Notes under the pieces: generated by a model
Told to the model about the DNA's origin: nothing
The model's database searches: none
What the model saw: only the letters and a program-made list of their open reading frames with translations
Translations under genes and position numbers: made by a program
Shown here: positions 61,589 to 64,000 of the stretch, piece by piece
Layout of the letters: the number at the start of each line of letters is the position of its first letter
How positions within the stretch are numbered: the first letter of the stretch is position 1
Origin: Spironucleus salmonicida
Lineage: Eukaryota
Direction: 5' to 3'
Assembly (NCBI RefSeq): GCF_000497125.1
Contig: NC_090597.1
Coordinates: 569,797-633,796 of the forward strand
DNA length: 64,000 bases

Positions 61589-64000
61589 TCATTCTTTTAC
61601 ATATCCAAATGATAATGTAGCTATTTCATTCAGTGTTGAATTAAAATCAATACATCGTTTCTATGAGTCCATCTTGATCGATTTATATGTTGTGTTTGTA
61701 TATATGCTACAATCCTTCTAATCTCTTATGAAGTTTATTTCTTGCTTTACTTTTACTTATACCGTCTGATCGTTGGGTATTATGGATTACTATTTTTATC
61801 TATATTGATCTTATCAAATAACACGTGCATGTATACTTCAAATAAATGCTTTTATGATTGATCTTCCAATGTCATGATTCCTTACTTGTCAACTGTGATA
61901 CCCTTTGATGTATGAGCACATCTGATTCCGTCTTTATACGAATATACTTATTCCCCTAGGCATACCCATAACTCTGGGTCCAGCTTCTTTTCGTATTTGC
62001 AAGAGTACGTATTCTTGAATGTGACAGATATCAAATTTGGATACATTCCTCTATCCAGTATACAATAGATTGAATCTGTATCTCCATATAAAACCAATTC
62101 TTTCAATTCATCGTTTATATGTCTCATTAATGTGTATAACAGTGTTCTTTATACGGATGTTATCGCTCCTGCGAATGATGCGTTTGATTAAGACCTTTAT
62201 GTTTGTTGCAACTGTTCTTCATAATTAAATGTATTCTTAAATATATTTTATCCCACCAGTTAAACTGTGCAATCCTTGTGTAGCTCCTTATGGCACTGTT
62301 CAAATATGAACTCTCCTTAATGAAATTATGTTGTGGGTCTTACCACGTTTTGACCTGTTTTACTATATATTGCATTTAATAACAGCTTATAGAACGATTT
62401 ACCTCCAGGGTTTAACTTTATTGATCTATAATCCTACTATCCTTTCTGTTTTATATATGCTATGCCATTATCATACTTATAATCAAACTTACAATCATTT
62501 GCTAATTGCTTTAGTACAGTTTCATCCTTATAACCATCTTGATCTGAGTGCAATGTCTTGTTGAACATCTATGAATTAATGTAATTATTTCCATCATATT
62601 TCTTATCATTAAAACTTGTTATTTAGTACGTATGTATCTTGCATCTATCCCTGAACGTATAACCTTCGTATAAAGCATTTATCAATTCAATCTCATGCCA
62701 AAACCCATAAAGATATCTTTATTCGAGGTTGTGCTTACATTTATAATGATTGTTAACATTTAAACATTGCTATTCTGCACATGTTCTACATAAAGGAAAT
62801 ATCAACTTGTTACAAATATGACATCCTAACACTGGGAACTTTAAATCCCTTGGTGGTAACATCTAACATTTGATTTATATTACTCGTTACTTCTTATCAC
62901 ATCCAGCTAAGTAGTATTGAAGTCTTTACTCTGCTGTAATCTTCCTTGGTATGCTCCTAACGTATTCAATTAAGTTATCAATATAGGCTTAATCAAGTTT
63001 AAACTTATGTTTTGCTATATCTTTTGAATCAATATTTTTAGTATATGTTGAGCTTTCTGCCTGTGTTCCAACAATTAAATCTCTTAAAGGTAAGTTTCCA
63101 AATACCATGCCTGAAGGGTAAAGCGATGTGAAGCCAATTCCGTACAGCTTTTCGTTTGGTCTATCTATTTCTCTACAATGAGTGTAGCATTCAGTTCTTA
63201 CTCCTGCTAATATCGATCTATTGCTTATGTTGTATTATGGAGGCATCTCTATCTTGATATCATTGTCTTATTCAAATTTAATAAACTCAACGTCTGTTAC
63301 ATGAAATATGTCCTCAAATGCTCCTTCATTCATTCTATCTTTTAAGCGTAAATCTTTTGTTTGATGTTGCCTCTTCCGTTCTTTCATTACTTTATAATAC
63401 TTATATGTTTGTCTTAATTCCTTAAACCTATGGTAGAACACTCCATTCAATTCTAAGCCAAACTTCTTAGTTATGCGATCTATTATACCATGGGATACTA
63501 TATCGATATTGTATTTTGTATCTAAGATCCTTTGATTTATAGTACCTTTGTTATCTTGGTAAAGTTGGTTCCTAAAAGTTTATTTAGCATTTCACTATTA
63601 TTCAAAGTTAGATATGATACGCGATACTCGTATTTCGATTTGTTATGTATTAGATCTTAATAACCTATTTATATCTTTATATTGCAGTGGTGTGTGAATA
63701 GGTTCATTGGCATTGCTGATGCTGTTAAATAGTTGAGGATGTTGACACCCTATTCCTTTAGTGATACTTCTACCCATTTCACAAGAGCTTTGCTTAAAAT
63801 GAGCTATCTTGAATACAATAATTAATATACTAATCAATGAAGTCTAAGTGATCATAGTCGTTAGCATATTAATTGAACTCATCCAAGCTTAACTTATCAA
63901 AATATTTGTGCTATAGAATGCCTTCTTTTACTAATTCACTTATTGATTTAAGACTCCCTCCGTTTTAAATATACAAATCAAATATCTCTTTTGTTAAGAA
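61589..64000 (-). pseudogene. protein-primed family B DNA polymerase (Polinton/Maverick type), 5'-truncated by the window edge, frameshifted
   Basis: With TAR=Gln: ExoIII YCIQD (~63810), GVNILNYLTAS, ELNGVFYH, AGVRTE, motif A GIGFTSLYPS (63135), KCQMLPPRDLKFPVL...KLIFPLCRTCAE (62790), motif B KLLLNAIYSKTGQ (~62380), motif C LYGDTDSIY (62071-62088), KGIT, C-terminal KR...TLSFGY. Frameshifts near 63800, 63550 and 61770. Confidence 0.92.

Larger units (their letters stand above)
60539..64000 (-). mobile_element. decayed Polinton/Maverick-like element or endogenous Polinton-like virus fragment (continues beyond the window)
   Basis: Contains a protein-primed PolB remnant plus co-oriented, tightly packed small ORFs; left boundary uncertain; no terminal inverted repeat, integrase or capsid gene identified in the window. 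Confidence 0.75.

Overview
Eukaryotic, intron-poor, gene-dense genomic DNA from a hexamitid diplomonad (Spironucleus-like; inferred). TAA/TAG encode Gln and TGA is the only stop, so the standard-code ORF track fragments or misses most genes. All translations below were done by eye with that code. About 19 intact genes are supported: CLN3/battenin, two single-repeat Myb paralogs, one R2R3 Myb, V-ATPase subunit c, a near-identical inverted pair of 565-566 aa membrane protein genes, a 1159-aa acidic-repeat coiled-coil tail-anchored protein, a 521-aa hypothetical protein, a CAMK kinase, PP2A B'', a 1635-aa ankyrin-like protein with a possible degenerate WGR/PARP tail, an MFS sugar transporter, and six cysteine-rich membrane proteins (CRMP, VSP-like). 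The CRMPs are interleaved with about six decayed CRMP copies, mostly at 37.6-59 kb. There is also a pseudogenised nucleoside transporter. The right end (about 60.5-64 kb, minus strand, running off the window) holds a decayed Polinton/Maverick-type protein-primed family B DNA polymerase written in the host code, followed by small packed ORFs, i.e. a probable endogenous DNA virus/transposon remnant. No rRNA, tRNA or CRISPR array was recognised.
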